From assembly GCA_951406725.2 (NCBI GenBank), contig OX597815.1, positions 103,726,001 through 103,790,000 on the forward strand: DNA of 64,000 bases, written 5' to 3'. A program made the position numbers and the translations under genes. This DNA is from Octopus vulgaris. Its lineage: Eukaryota. Below the pieces are notes generated by a model. It was not told where the DNA came from, ran no database searches, and saw only the letters and a list, made by a program, of their open reading frames with translations. This document shows positions 39,363 to 54,060 of this stretch, piece by piece; position 1 is the first letter of the stretch; every line of letters begins with the position of its first letter.

Positions 39363-40149
39363 TACACTACATACTACGTCAAAGCCTATACCAGAAAATA
39401 TGGTATGATATTCTCAAACGTTCAGGTGTTACATTTTGATCTTCTAATATAACCAATAGCAAATATCTAATTTTTGCATAACATTCTAATCCACAGTATG
39501 TATGTAATGCGTCTCACAGCGCGTACACAGCGTGGTTATACGGCCCATTGCTTTACTATAATTTTGTCTTTTGTTTTTTGCTCTTTTGTGTTTTGTTTGT
39601 TTTTTAAGTGCTAGATTTTGGAGTGTGATGTATCTCTGTCTCAGTTTCACGCAAAATTGTTCCACGATGTTGTACAATATTGCAGAAATATTAATAATTA
39701 TTCGAGTTTCACAGTAATTGGGGAATGCAACAGGAGATATTTTGTCTCTTCTCCAAAGTATTTCAAAAATTCATTGAAGTTCATTTTTAGTGAACTCCTA
39801 CACAAAGGGTGTGAAATCATGGTGCGGAAACAGTGTCATGTACTAAAGAACGCCTCACCACTACCACCACATGCACGCCCACCCACACCCACGTCTAAGT
39901 ATGTATGTATATGTATACACATACACACAAACACCTACACACAATATTCGCATCTATCTTTCTGTCAGTTCGAACGGTGAAGTTCCAGAGGAGTGATATG
40001 TGATAATTTTCAAGCACTGGAGGTGGTTTGTGTTCCCAACAGTTTTTATCATGGGGCAGGTCTAAGTTTTTGCAAATTACTCAGTAAATATATTGTGCTG
40101 CCCTATCATGCCTATTGAGATACTCTGTAGGTGCACGAAGACTCCACAT

Positions 40150-40590
40150 GGAGACAACATTATCAATGGTTTCATTTGGTTGTTTACATACACGACATGT
40201 TGTGCTACTGCCGTTCTTTAATAGGTTGGCTTGTATATGTTGGCCTGGTAGCCTCTGTTAGGTAGGCAATGATCTTGGGCTTCTATGATAAACACCTTCT
40301 GTTTCTGATTTTAACCCAGAAGATACTAATCATTGATGGGCAAGGGCTTTGTTAGCATCGACATTATTAGCTCTCTTTAGGTATTTGCCATTGAGAGGTT
40401 TTTCTTGCCCTTTATCAGTATGAATATCTAAGGCAACAGTTTTAGCACGGGTTTTCATACGCTTAGCTTTTCCTGTGCTTGTTTCTAGTACGTCTAATTC
40501 TGGGATTTGTTGTATTTGGAATTCACTTAGATATTCCTTTTCCTGTTTTGTTACTGAGTATGATGCTTTCTTGCTTTCATGCGTTAAGAG
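40150..40590 (-). mobile_element. Older R4/Dong fragment adjacent to the young copy
   Basis: Minus strand: HESKKASYSV..QEKPLNGKY..HQ*L.SSGLKSETEG. Confidence 0.75.
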
Positions 40591-40609
40591 TTGTTGTTGT
40601 TGCTGTTAC

Positions 40610-40663
<54 letters not shown>

Positions 40664-40664
<1 letters not shown>

Positions 40665-42014
40665 TTTTTTTTCTTCTTTCAAATTTGCTTCCATTTCTTG
40701 CCGAGTGTCTTCCCGACTCCTAGGGCAAAGAAACTCATAGTATACATTGGTAGGCCATTAAACCAAACTCAATAGTTCGTTCATTTTTTTTTTTAAAGTT
40801 AAATTAAAATACATGAGCAGCAACAGTTCTCACATCGACAATGCTCTTTTCAATACGTGTGATGTACCAGTTAAGACAATCTTTTGCACTTCTTGCAGGG
40901 ATGGTAAGCCAGGGATCATTCTCATATAATTTTCGGTTCCCTTCTTGATCATTCCTAGTGCTCCTACGATCATTGGTATTGTAACCGCCTTGAGATGCCA
41001 CATTTTCTCAATTTCAATGAGTAGGTCTTTATATTTTCTGAGCTTGTCAAACTCTTTCGCTGAGATATTATGATCACAGGGGATGCTCATGTGGATCAAT
41101 AAGCAAACTTTATTGTTTTGGTCTTTCACAACAATATCTGGTTTATTGGCCTTGATGGTTCGGTCTGTATGTACTGGAAAGTCCCACAGAATGGTTACAT
41201 TTTCTCCTTCAGTTACAGCCTCAGGGTGGTGATTATACCACTTGTCGGCAGTTTTGATATTGTAATGCCGACTTATTAGCCAGTGGAGATATTGGCCAAC
41301 TCTGTCATGTCTTAATTTATACTCCACTGGTGCTAAGACTTTACATCCAGAGATTAGGTGGTCCACTGTTTCAATCATGTCGTTGCAGAATCGGCATTTT
41401 GGGTCTGCTCCATTTTTCATCACATTGGCCTGGTAGTTCCGGGTTAATAGGCTTTGATCTTGAGCAACCAGGATGAAACCTTCGCTCTCTGCTTTTAGCC
41501 CTGAGCTCCGTAGCCACTGATGGGTTTGCTTCTGGTCAACATCAGCTTGTTGGCTGCGGGCCACATATTTGCCGTGCAGAGGTTTCTCCTCCCACCTATC
41601 AGCCAATTGCTCGTGCGCTTTTTTCATTGCCATCATTTTCACCTTCTTTGCAACAATAGTTGCCGTACTTCCCTCGGGTTGTTCAATTTGGGTATCCTGC
41701 ACGAGACCAATAGCAAATCTTTTGCTTTCCTTTATGATAGAATGAAGCTTCTTTCGTCTCTCGTGATTTTCCACGAGCTTTAGCATCCAGTCATTCGATA
41801 TTTCGAGATATTTGGCCAGTCCAATTGTGGTTGTTTTGTAAGCTAGTTCAAATTGGATCAGGCCTCGACCTCCTTGGGCTCTGGGAAGGTAAAGGCGATC
41901 TACGTCTGCCTTTGGGTGGTGCATCCTATTACAACTCAGCAGCTTGCGTATTTTCTTATCTATATTCTTTACTTCACTAATATTCCAGTTCAACACATTG
42001 TAGCTATAAGTAAG
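40664..42014 (-). mobile_element. Young 5'-truncated R4/Dong RLE LINE inserted in (AAT)n
   Basis: Uninterrupted frame, 3' UTR and (AAT)n on both sides. Confidence 0.95.
40830..42014 (-). pseudogene. R4/Dong ORF C-terminal ~394 aa (RT thumb, CCHC zinc knuckle, restriction-like endonuclease); no native start
   Basis: RLYLPRAQGGRGL, CRFC..ETVDHLISGC, RHD, KPDIVV, KLRKY, VGALG. The poly-Ile/Met N-terminus of the listed ORF is microsatellite. Confidence 0.93.
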
Positions 42015-42224
42015 TATTATTATTATTATTATTATTATCATTATTATTATCATTATTATTATTATTATCATTATTATCATTATTATTATCATCATTATTA
42101 TTATTATTATCATCATCATCATCATCATCATCATTATTGTCATCATCATCAGCATCAGCATCATTATTATCACTATTATTATTATTATTATTACTATTAT
42201 TATTATCATTATTATTATCATTAA

Positions 42225-42435
42225 TGATATTAAGTGTTGCGAGATGGCAGAAAGACAACGTACTCACAGAATCGTTCGTGTGTCAAAAAATGTTTTACGT
42301 TATTTGTTCAGGCTCTTTACTTTCTCAGTTTGGGGTCCAAGAAAATAAATACCAGTCCAATAGTAGAGTCGATGTATTAGCAATCCGTTGGTCCTAAAAT
42401 TGCCCGTTTTCAGCAAAAATTTGAAACAATGATTG
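42225..42435 (+). mobile_element. Diverged SINE family B copy
   Basis: cagaatcgtt..ctttactttct..ggggtc..aaataaataccagt..gtcgatgta..aaaattg. Confidence 0.5.
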
Positions 42436-44099
42436 CTACCATTATCATTTTTACTATTTTCATGGAAATTAAATGGAAAGTAGGCAATATATTTTAATTA
42501 CAGATATAGAATAAAATAAATAACCACGTCTGTCGACTATGAATTTAAATTTCTAGTAAGATATATTTATCTATTGAAACGTTTGACAGCGCACTTCGTA
42601 AATCTAGTAAAAGATGCATAGCAACGTCTCTCCAGTGCTCAATCACATCTGTAAGATAACCATTTGAAATCCTAACAACAATAAAATATTGCTTGACAAC
42701 TTTGAACCACTTAACAGATCGAAGCACAATAATGAACGCTGTTAATATGCGAGCAAACTTATCCGTTCTAGTAGTTTAATGTCTAGTTAAAAACAAATAT
42801 CTGTTATTTGCTCGACAGAGCCAAAAGAGCTATAGAATAAAGAGAATACTTTATCTTGCGACAGGGTTTAAATTATTCACCAGGAATCAATAATGATAAT
42901 GAAACCGATTAAGTCTTGGTAGGATATTTCACTGTCTGACAGAAACTAAATTTAAGACTTTATATTTATGTGCAGTATGTAAATATATGCGAAAATTTAC
43001 AAACGAACGACACATTAACAACGTAAAGTTTTCAATTTATAATTATATTCCAAGATATTTTATCCATTTAAAACGGTTTATGTTTAGGTGGAAATATCCC
43101 GTCAACCATTTAAAGTAGATAATAAGGTAAAATATTCAACTGGTCCCAGAAATAACTCTAATATCCGCACAGTTACTCAATATCGTGTAATGAGTATTCT
43201 ATAAATTTTTAGGGAAAACTTTGCCAATTAATACAATCTGTATGCCTAATACGTTTTTCTAAATCGTTCATCTGGTACTTGCATGTATGGATCTATTTAT
43301 GAACTATGTATGCATGCATGCATGCATTTGGTACACAGGATCACAACTGTGCACACATGATCACAACCATATATACATATAGTCATTTTCTGATTTAATT
43401 CCCTCGTCAATACAAAGAGGATCAGTTTACACTACTGGAAAAAACAAAGTTCTTTTACTAGGAAATTAATCATCATGAATTAGACAATCATATATGAATA
43501 TGTATATGTATGTTGCATGCTCGCATTTCGTTGCATATGTGACTCTGTATGTTTTTACTTAAGTATGTACAAATATACACATCTCTGTATAGCTCTATGT
43601 ATGAATAGTATTCGAGAGACTAAACTTATTCAATGTCTTCAATATATCACAGTTGTAATTGTAATTTCTTAACCCATTGCCTCAGTATTAACAGTATTCA
43701 TGCAAGTATAATCGGAGCTTAGTCGCCATGGATTTATCTTTAGTTCGACATAGTTGATACCTTTTTCCATTATCTCTACAATCACATTAACGTCTGCTAA
43801 AAACTGTTTAATACAAATGTGGCGATTTTCTTTTATCTGTCTTTGATAATTACGTCTGGTCTGTTACGCCTACTTTGTACGCAGATTTTTGTTCGAAACA
43901 TTGTCCTTGTATTCTTTTCTCTTATGGAGGTATATGCTATACACATCACTATAATATTTTACATTGCTTCTTCAGAACTATTTTTTCTGCGGGTTTCAGT
44001 GTAAAATGTTTATCCACTATATCGTGCCAATGAGTAGATAATGTGATGACATGTTTGATAGGTACTCAAGAAATTTAAGAATTAAATTTCTGGTTTTAA

Positions 44100-45000
44100 T
44101 TCTATAATGTTTGCATCATTTATCGCATTAGAATGATCTCCCTCTCATTTCTGTGTCAAATATCTTAACTATTTTCTGGGTAGCAAAAATATAATCCTTA
44201 ATGAGAGATCTAAAGGCAGACAATCTAATTATCTAGGTTACATCAACGATGCGTAAATTCATTGTATGTGTATCCCTAGTCAACTGCCACAGAATACTTT
44301 AAAAAGTAGATATTGGAAATAACTTCTCGGATATTATATTTGCTCTTTGGATCATGATCCAGAACGAAGCCAGACCGTCATGGGCTAATAATGGTCTCTA
44401 AAACTTTACATAGTCAAGGGGTTTGTAACATTTATGAAAAAGGAATAAAATCTGATTCCTCCTTTTAATCCAACCATAATCATGAGAATATCTTTATTCC
44501 GTCGCTACTGCGACAAATTTTGTTGTTCAAAAGTTCCTCCAGTCTTTTATTTCCGGACTCCTTTCTTCTCAGTTGATTCTTTGTCTATCACGACATCTTC
44601 ATTTAACTGATACCTAAATACTAACATATAGTTAACCAGATTCTCTTTCACTTTTGAATATTTGCTGTTATTCTATGAATTTCTATCAGCTTGCAAGTAA
44701 ACGCCCATAACATAAAACAGAAAATCATTTTTAGTTATACAGACGTCGATGATAAAGTCTTCCTGGCATGTTCCTTATTTTAAGGTTTTTTACTATCACA
44801 GTCTAAAAGATATTGCTTTTGATATACTACTTGGAATATATTTCTAGGTTCGTAATAGACATACTATCCACTGATTTATTTAATTTTTATTACTTTAGAT
44901 TTTCTTCGAGAATGAATCCATATTTTCCTGTGGGGGAGGCTATGTGATATTTATTGAATGTTCCTTCATCTGTATCTTAACTTCTGATTAATTTCAAATA
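44100..45000 (-). pseudogene. Possible ancient L1/Tx1 RT N-terminal remnant
   Basis: Minus strand SPTGKYGFILEE (cf. KSPGxDGFxxEFY) followed by KG..KDWR (cf. KGD..KNWRPI). Confidence 0.35.
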
Positions 45001-45629
45001 GATTTATTGATTTTCTTCCAGTAAATCTCTTCTAATATTGGTATTTTTCATTAAACTAATGTTTGAGGGAAATCAATTTATATTAAAATGTATTTAAAAA
45101 AATGTTTTGTTGTTGAGAAATGTAGCGATTTATTTATTTATATTTAATAATTATCGCCACATCACTGATAGTTTTCCATAGATAAATAATCTTATTCTTT
45201 TCCTTATTCAAGAACGCGTTTTTGAATTGTTTAATCTTACTTTATTTCTTTAGTGCCTTCCAGATAGTGTTTAAGAGTTGTATAGTTCCGGCATTGGTTA
45301 CGTAGAGTCTGTCTTCTTGTGGGTATCTGCAAATAAATAAGCTTTTCTCGAAGCATTTCATTCGGAATACATTTTCAATTGTTCATATTCTATACTATTC
45401 CAGTTCATAATACATTTATTACTATGATTGCTATTGCGAGCAATGTGGGCGGACAGTCTTAAAGCAAGCTAACTTAACAGCAGTCGAGAAATTGACCGTT
45501 GTCATTAGATGTTCTATGTGATATGAAGCGACTTTTCTACTAGTGAAATTTTGACTTGAGATAAATATCATTTCATTCGGAATAAAATGTTCTTCAATGA
45601 ATTACGACGGAAGGATTAACAAACATTTG

Positions 45630-45785
45630 GTTTCGAAGTTTAGCACAAAGCCAGCAATTTCGAAGGAAGGTGTAAGTCAATTATATATATACCAGCGCTC
45701 AACTTATTTTATCGACCATGAAAGGATGAAAACAAAGTTGACCTTGGCGGAATTTAAAGGCAGACGAAAATTGTAACGTTCGAAC
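45630..45785 (-). mobile_element. SINE family B copy
   Basis: gcacaaagccagcaattt..tatcgacc..gaaaggatgaaaacaaagttgaccttggcggaattt. Confidence 0.75.
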
Positions 45786-45881
45786 TGACATGCATTTTGA
45801 ATTAAATGAAAACCCTCCTCCACCATATAATTTTCGCTCTAAACCGCATATGTTACTTTCATATATCTGTATATACATACG

Positions 45882-45929
<48 letters not shown>

Positions 45930-46135
45930 TGTATGTATGTATGTATGTATGTATGTATGTATGTATCTATGTATGTATGTATCTATGTACGTGTGTATGT
46001 ATGTATGTGTAGGTATGCATGTGACATGCACGCATGTATCAATTTATGCGCATCTATGCGTGCGTGTTTGTGAGTCTGAATAATACTCGCTAATTCTTGT
46101 AGTCACTCCACCTTCTTGTCACTCTGCTTTCTTTC

Positions 46136-46177
46136 ATTTCTTCTGATGAAGGGCTAATGTGCGTAATGTTAGGAAAT
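46136..46177 (+). ncRNA. Hammerhead remnant with the GAAA segment deleted
   Basis: atttctt-CTGATGA-aggg...GTT-aggaaat; the 7-bp stem I is intact. Confidence 0.4.
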
Positions 46178-46322
46178 TCTTTCTATTGAAATGCTAAACT
46201 AATAGCATTTATGTACATTTTAGCACTTCTCGTGTTACCGTTCGTAATGCTAATTGCCTTTACACTATATATACATACATATATAGATATACACACATAC
46301 ATATATACACAAACACACACAC

Positions 46323-46407
<85 letters not shown>

Positions 46408-47106
46408 TGCATGTATGTATATATTTATATGCATACTCATATACAGATATACATATATATATGTTTGTATATATATATATATACAGAAAAACGTGCGTAT
46501 TTGCATATCTGGGAATTTGCCAATGATACACGAATAAGTTGGAAATTACCTTTCCATGAATTATTCCATCATTTCCAGTTTAATGCAGCAACGTAGTGTG
46601 TTAATATGTCGAAAAATTACTCTGCTATTAAAACAAATATAATAACACAAGATAATAATTATGTCAATTAGCGAATAAATATGTATACTTACATGCACAT
46701 ATATGTGTGCGCGTGCACTTGTCTGAATGTGTGAATGAAAGTATTTCAATTAGCTATTATAACGAAATTAGAAACTGAAAATTGAAAATATCTTCAAAAC
46801 AAAAACAATATTAAATAATACATACAGATTTTTGCTTATATTGCAAAATTATTATAAAGTCATTAATTTGTTTTTGAAATGTCGATTCATAGTGGTTAAC
46901 TTGTCTGCATTTGCCGATTGTGAAGAGAAAGATGTTTCTAAACAAGGTTAAGGCTTTGATGAACAGACATACAGACCAAAAATATCGAGTTATGTGTGTT
47001 TACATGGACAAAATTTCTTCCCAAGCTGCAACAGAAAGGATTAAGGAAAAATAAACAGAGAGAATGAAAGAAACTTGTAGATTTCAGCGATCCATGCATA
47101 ATAGGA

Positions 47107-47137
<31 letters not shown>

Positions 47138-47312
47138 AAATTTATCTGTAAAATAATATGTGACAATTATTCGGTAGCCAAGATAGAACACTGAGTTTCG
47201 GATGCCGAGGTGGAAATCCACACCACCATCTCTTTGATTATCTGGCCATCTGAAGAACGCTATGAAAAAAGACCGTTATACAAAGGGAAATTACTATGTT
47301 ATAGTCTGCTAC
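47138..47312 (-). mobile_element. Dispersed copy of the 4931-5237 repeat
   Basis: Close match to the reverse complement of ~5063-5237; abuts (TA)n. Confidence 0.88.
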
Positions 47313-47939
47313 TTATACAAAAGCGCTAATTCGAATGACGGCTAATTAAGATAAGGTTAAAAGTTCATAGTAAACACGTAAGCATGCCTGTTCATACGTA
47401 CACGTGCGTACGTATACATCACTAGGAAAACGTACACATCTTCACTCGCATTTTTCGCCAAATGTATATGCATATATATATACAAACTCATACACACACA
47501 CGCGCACCGTAAAAGTTCATACATACGTCTACCTACGCACTAGCACGAAAAAAGATAGGGTTAAGGATAACAATACAGAAAAAAGGCATAAGGAAGTATA
47601 CAAATAGTAAATTACGTTCATATACGTGGTTTACTATTTGTATATATGTGCGTGGGTCCGCGCACATATATACACATCTAAATATGCATACATTTATTAG
47701 ATATATACTATGAGCAAGACTATCAAGTAAAGGCCTTAAAATGTGTTCAGTAATACCACACACGTAATCCGATTTTTATAATTAGTGAAATTTTTATAAT
47801 TAGTAAAATCATAAGACTGTGAATGAGATCTCTAGTAAACCAGTCTATGAAATGAAACAATAAAAAAGTTGAGCAATTCTGTCATCTTCAACTTGAACAT
47901 GTTATCTTATTATCGATCTGTGATTCAATGAATATGATG

Positions 47940-47950
47940 ATAATAGTAGC

Positions 47951-48027
<77 letters not shown>

Positions 48028-48110
48028 CAGTAGTAGTAGTAGTAGTAGTAGTAATAGTAGTAGTAGTAGCAGCAGAAGAAGAAGAACAAGAACAAGAACA
48101 AGAAGAAGTG
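47940..48110. repeat. (GTA)n then (GAA/CAAGAA)n microsatellite
   Basis: Visible. Confidence 0.95.
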
Positions 48111-48454
48111 TTTGTGGTGGTGTTTTCATGGTGGCCATGCTGATGGTGGTGCTGATGATGATGGTAATGATGTTGGTGGTGGGTAGTTGGAGGTGTACAT
48201 AGCAGATGAAGAAAAGGACGATATCATCTCTTGTTTCGTCATTCCAAGTTTTCGTTTACTTCATTGACTAAATGAAAATATATTGTTTATATAGAAACTT
48301 AGTTTTTCACTAAAACCTAAATCGAAACTGGTTTATAGACGTTTGATGCTTGTTATTGATAAGTTGGCCAGTTCAACCAATCCTTTTTTCTAATCATATT
48401 ATAACCTTTGCTTTTTTTTTGTCAAGAAAATTATCCAGGTGGAATAGTCTTGCA

Positions 48455-48496
<42 letters not shown>

Positions 48497-51436
48497 CGTG
48501 TGTGGACATTAAGTGCATAAATGTGTGTTGTTGAGTGAAGCTGCAAATAAAATGTAATGAAGGATAAATGAAAAAGTACAATTGTTCGAAGATGGCATCA
48601 TTTAAGCAAATCAGACTAATATAGAAGAGATTGAGTTAAATAAATGAAATGCAATCATGCAATAATCGCCAATTTCGTATTAAGAAAATCACAGATGATA
48701 TTTCATCGTACAATCATCGAATAAAACACTTGAATCTAGAGATCTGAAAACCAATTTATCGTTTAAAAAAATCAATTAGAAATATAAGAAGACCAAGAGA
48801 AATTATATTCAAAGGCATTAAATGCAGCTGCGTTCTTTATCGAAAATTACGTGTAGTGTTACTGATATTTGTCCAATTCATTTTATTAAAATAGATGTTT
48901 ATCTACATTGCCGATCGACGAAGTGAGCTGATTTTTATCTCAATAAGTTTGCCTGAGTGTTTTATCAAAACGCAGTATATTCTTAGGAACGTCATACAAA
49001 ATAGCATACAGCATTGATGTCTACAAGAGCGTACCAATGTGGTTGCTTGACCTGCTAGAAATATTAAACTGCAATGTAATTAGTATCACAACCAACTGTC
49101 ATAAATAAAAAGAAAATGAAATTGAACAATGATGCTAAATGCACAGTCCACAAAATTACAACGGCTAGAATTTTTTTTAATACAGATGATCTCAATCAGC
49201 TTCATTCTTAGCTTAAAGAGCAACCACAGTGAACACAAGTATTGCAACGTACATGTTTTCTTCATTCTGAAATTATATCTTTCTGGTAGCGATATATTCA
49301 TTCCAATCCATGCTGCGATGAAATAATATAATCAAACAAATTTTGAATCTCTACCAAAATGTCCACTATAGAATGGTAACAACCTGGTCAGAATTATATT
49401 GATGTACTTCAGACTGATACATTTTAACCTCGATTAATAAAAGAAAAAGAAGAGAGAAAAAACGTAACATTTTACTTGGAATGGCAATTTACTCTTGAAG
49501 TTCTGTTGAGTAAGTATCAGCTGCTGGATACTAAAGGGTTAAAATATAATTGAAAATTTCCCTGTAGTTCATCATTATCATTCAATCACTTTTATGTATT
49601 CGTTATTTTTTTTTTTTTACTTTCCTATTTTAGTGTACTCACATTTGTAAGCAATGAAGATCTGTTTAATAGCTAATCGTCTTCTGAATACATTTGAAGA
49701 GCAACTAAAAATATGATCAGAAACGAGAATCAGTCGGAAGGGAAAATTATATTTGTGGCTGTTTGTCAGCTTTGATTTAACCTAATGAAGTAAACAAATG
49801 ATGTTAGTGTTTCATCTGGTAATTATCTGTGGTCCAATATTTTCGATAAGAATTTATCTAAATATACGTTCCAACAGTCTTAAGATACTTAGCAAGATTT
49901 ATTACTGTTCTTACCTGTTTTTGTCTCCGTTAACATACATGCATACATACATACATACATACATACATACATACATACATACAATACATATATACGTATG
50001 TATGTATGCATGTATAAGCATCTCTCTTTATGCACACACTCAGACACACACACTCACATACACACTCTCATATATATATATTGAAACATATCAGTGAGAG
50101 ATAAATAGTATTCAAAATATGTAGTATAACTGAATTAGGTTATTGGAAACTGTGATCACAATTCCTGTAACTCAGTTTTAGGACGGAGTGTTTAACTTCA
50201 TGCATACACACACACACATACATACGTATGTACATACTTACGTACGTACTTATATACATACATACATACCTTCATACATACATACATACATAAATACATA
50301 TACACATGCATATGTATACAATATACATACATGTAAATATATATGCTCTTATGTGTGCGTGTAAATACTATACACATGCTTATGTGCGTACATGTCTAGC
50401 TTTTCTTCATGTTTTTAGATACGGTATTTCGGTTTAGAAGCGAATATTCTGTTCCTAAATTACGTATAAATTCTAAGAGATCCACTAATTATGCCTATGT
50501 TGAGCATAATGCACGTTCTTCCGGTTATACTTCAGACACTGTTTGTAGTATATCCAGTCATATGGAAATACAAATACCCACAATATCATAAATGTCTCAA
50601 TAATTTTATTTATTTGTATGTAATTTGTTCGGCGAAATGACGCCGGCTCACTCATCCCTAAGCCTGATTTCCGCTGCTCAAAATCATAACCCTCCTAAGG
50701 TGTATTTTAAGTATAGAGGGAAAAAAGCTTATAGAGGTTTACATGCTATCCATTATACAATATATGAGTCATGAGGCTGAAGCCATTTTTCAATTAACAA
50801 TTTATGAATTCATATAGCAACTTCCATAATGTTAGCTTTGCCAAAACATATTAGGAAACATTAAATATTGTTGCAAAGCAAGTGTTATTGATAATTCATA
50901 TGATGTGAACATATTGGTAATATGTTCATGTTCATAAGCCTTTTTAGAAAACCTATGTTAATGATGACATGATCCAATTATATCACATTCTTAAGTATTT
51001 TTGTGAGCAAAATCGTTGGCAAATAAAATGAAATATGAATGATTTATCAAAGGAAACTTTGCGTATGACATGAAAATATATTGATTGGATTGATAACTGA
51101 GAGGTGTATGGAAAAATGGACGTAACATCGTGTCGCTTAAGGAATGGTTTACATTGTTGGCAACAGCAATTCCTTTGATCGAAGCGAGTGCTTAAGAAAA
51201 AGGAAATGAAATCAACGGATAGGAAATAGAATTCATGTCTTCATGTTATCATACTCAGGAACACACAGAGATACACATGCTTGTATAAGTCCCTGGTCAG
51301 ATAGATACACGTACATCCGTCATTAGATTGCCATACTTGTCTGCATAGTTACGAGTACACGAAGCAAGTAGTGATCACGAGCATGTATACACGCACATAA
51401 CTCTAGTAAATATATATATATATATGTGTGCGTGTG

Positions 51437-51469
<33 letters not shown>

Positions 51470-54060
51470 GTGTGTATGTGTGTGTGTGTCTGTGTGTATG
51501 TGTGTATGTAAGAAATATAAAATCGCATATGAAGCACACATATATTCACACCTTTAGTATTCTTATAACGGAATGCAACTCTTGATCAAAACGACGAAGA
51601 TAGCAATCGATAACGATTTACTATAAAGGATCTCGACAAAATCAAAGCCTTTGATACTTTATTAAATTACAATTTAAAGGACTGCATTAATCGTGAGACC
51701 AGAAGTAATATCAACGATATTAAGTGATTATAGTTTTGCTTAGATATAACCACTAATATAGCTAATATCTCTCTCTCATAGAACTAATACATCAATGTAT
51801 CAGTGTACAATTTATATAAGGAAAATATAACCATTTTACTGAATATGAAATAAGAATCTGTTCTCATTTCCTTTATGAAATATTTACTAATTGTCTGACT
51901 TCATAGCAAGTTATTCAAAGCTTTACGCATATATTCGTAGCGATATATAAGTACTAAAATAATATGCTATAGTTTACTTTTTTGAACGAACAGCGACAAA
52001 TCTCAACTGAAAAGAATAATGGAGAACATATGTGAATAGCATTCGGTATATATAAGTCAACTAGAGTAAATATCCATGATTTTATAGTGGAAGGACTGCT
52101 TCAGCGCAAAACAAATATATTGACAATAATAAACTTTTTATTTTCATTGTTATCGGTACAGACCTACACCAGTTTACTGAGATACTGAAGTATACTCTAA
52201 TTTATAATTAATTGTGGAGAGTAACGTGACATAATAAACCATGCACACAGAATACTCTTGAAGCCTTACACTTTCAATTATTAGCAGTTTTCTTGAAATA
52301 TTTCACAGTTCTCTCACACATAGCGCCGTGTGCAGTGCGTTAGATGTGTGCGATCAATATGTCCAGTGTTAAAGAGTTAAAAACTGTATCAAACAATAAG
52401 ATAGTCGAAACTATCAGTTAATGTTTAGAAACTTACATACGTGGTTGAAGCTAAATATATTAGGACGTGATGTACGGTGACAGAAATGACCTAAAGCCTC
52501 GCACCAGTAACTATTGCCTATGTAAAATAATTCGTTTAATATCTGCTATTGTTTCGATCAAAGAAAGTTTCAAATGTCCCTCTGGGATTGGCAGTAATAT
52601 CATCATCCTTATTATAGATATTTCCTTAACTACTGGTGATTGCAGATGACTATTTTACGTTTTTCAATGTATATTTCAGCAATACATTGTAATGGTTATT
52701 TTAAGATATGTATAATTTAGGTAACAGACGCAAGAACTAAGCAGCAATTTTAGTGACACTACAATATTTACGAGAATGAAAATGGATGTTTGTATTTAGG
52801 ATTAACCTGCAGCGATAGAAAATGGAGTCACTGTCTTTTCAGCGGAAGGAAATAAATTGTTTTGACGACGAAGCGAAAACCTTTATTAGAAAATTCTTGA
52901 AATAATGTGTCCTTTCTTTGAAGTGTTCCTTTAATAGCTTTTCTAGTGAAATAGATTTATTCACTAATTATTACTTATTACCATTGGTTCAATGTGCGTC
53001 TACCAGTAAAGATTATCTTCTATTAAATTAATACATGTATAAGATTCAGGCAGAACAAAAGTATATTTAAAACGCACATAGAATGTGCCAACTAAACACA
53101 TATTCTTCATTTAGCTAATCTATAACATACCATAGACAATCAAATCAGCTATCAACTACTTTTTAAACAAATATGTAGTCTACACTATCTTAGCTATCTT
53201 TATCTTATAAACTGCAAATAAACTTCAAGTATTGTTTTTAGAATATACACAATATATGTGGTATATCTTTTAGTGATTAATATAAACCAACTACATTATG
53301 TTTCCCAAGAAATAAAACTGTAAAAACTTAGGTGTTAATATGTAGACAAAATGATGAATATTTTAAGGAATATAGTATGGCAAATTGCTAACCATTATTA
53401 GTGTCTTTCACATCTTATTTTATGATATATGAATTGGAGTATTCTTTACAGACCCCAGATATAAAAGAATACTAAGTGAGATGTAACGGTTTTCATCTCA
53501 CTGTTAATTCTGAAAGTAATAAGACTACATTTATGTCAACTAACGAATCTCTGCATAGTCGCTCGATCTGCAAGGAATTGCAATTGGATCTACTTCAAAT
53601 CGCATCATATCCTCTTAAAACAGAGAGTTAATGTTAAGATGGATACGCACAGGATATCTCAAACAAAATCCGGATACTTATAGCTGAACAAATTTGACCA
53701 TCTTCTCAATAAGAATGACCTAGAATTAAATATCATCACGACTGTCAGTTCTACCAATAAGTGATGTGATTGTCCAATGCAAATGTTAAGACATTGGCAT
53801 GCATATAGGGTTTTCAGATAGGAAAGTACATACTTGTTCCTTGGACACACTTGTAAGGTTTTACCAGAAAGCAGCTAGATAAGAAAAATGTGATTAATTA
53901 ATATTTCTTTCTTAACTCTTCATATGAACTGAATGCGATTTGCCAATGATTCATTTCAGAATATTCTCTCCCCATCAAAATTACATAGGAAGAATTACAA
54001 AATTACAATTCAATATTCTTGGTCACAATGAGCTTCATTTACTGGAGAAGCTATGTTTCT

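Noticed and set aside
39618-39980. 120-aa ORF in non-repetitive sequence
   Set aside because: Non-ATG start, no recognisable domain, ends in low-complexity sequence
42015-42221. Poly-Ile/Met N-terminus of the 463-aa ORF
   Set aside because: (AAT/GAT)n microsatellite in frame by chance with a 5'-truncated R4 ORF; not a real start or signal peptide
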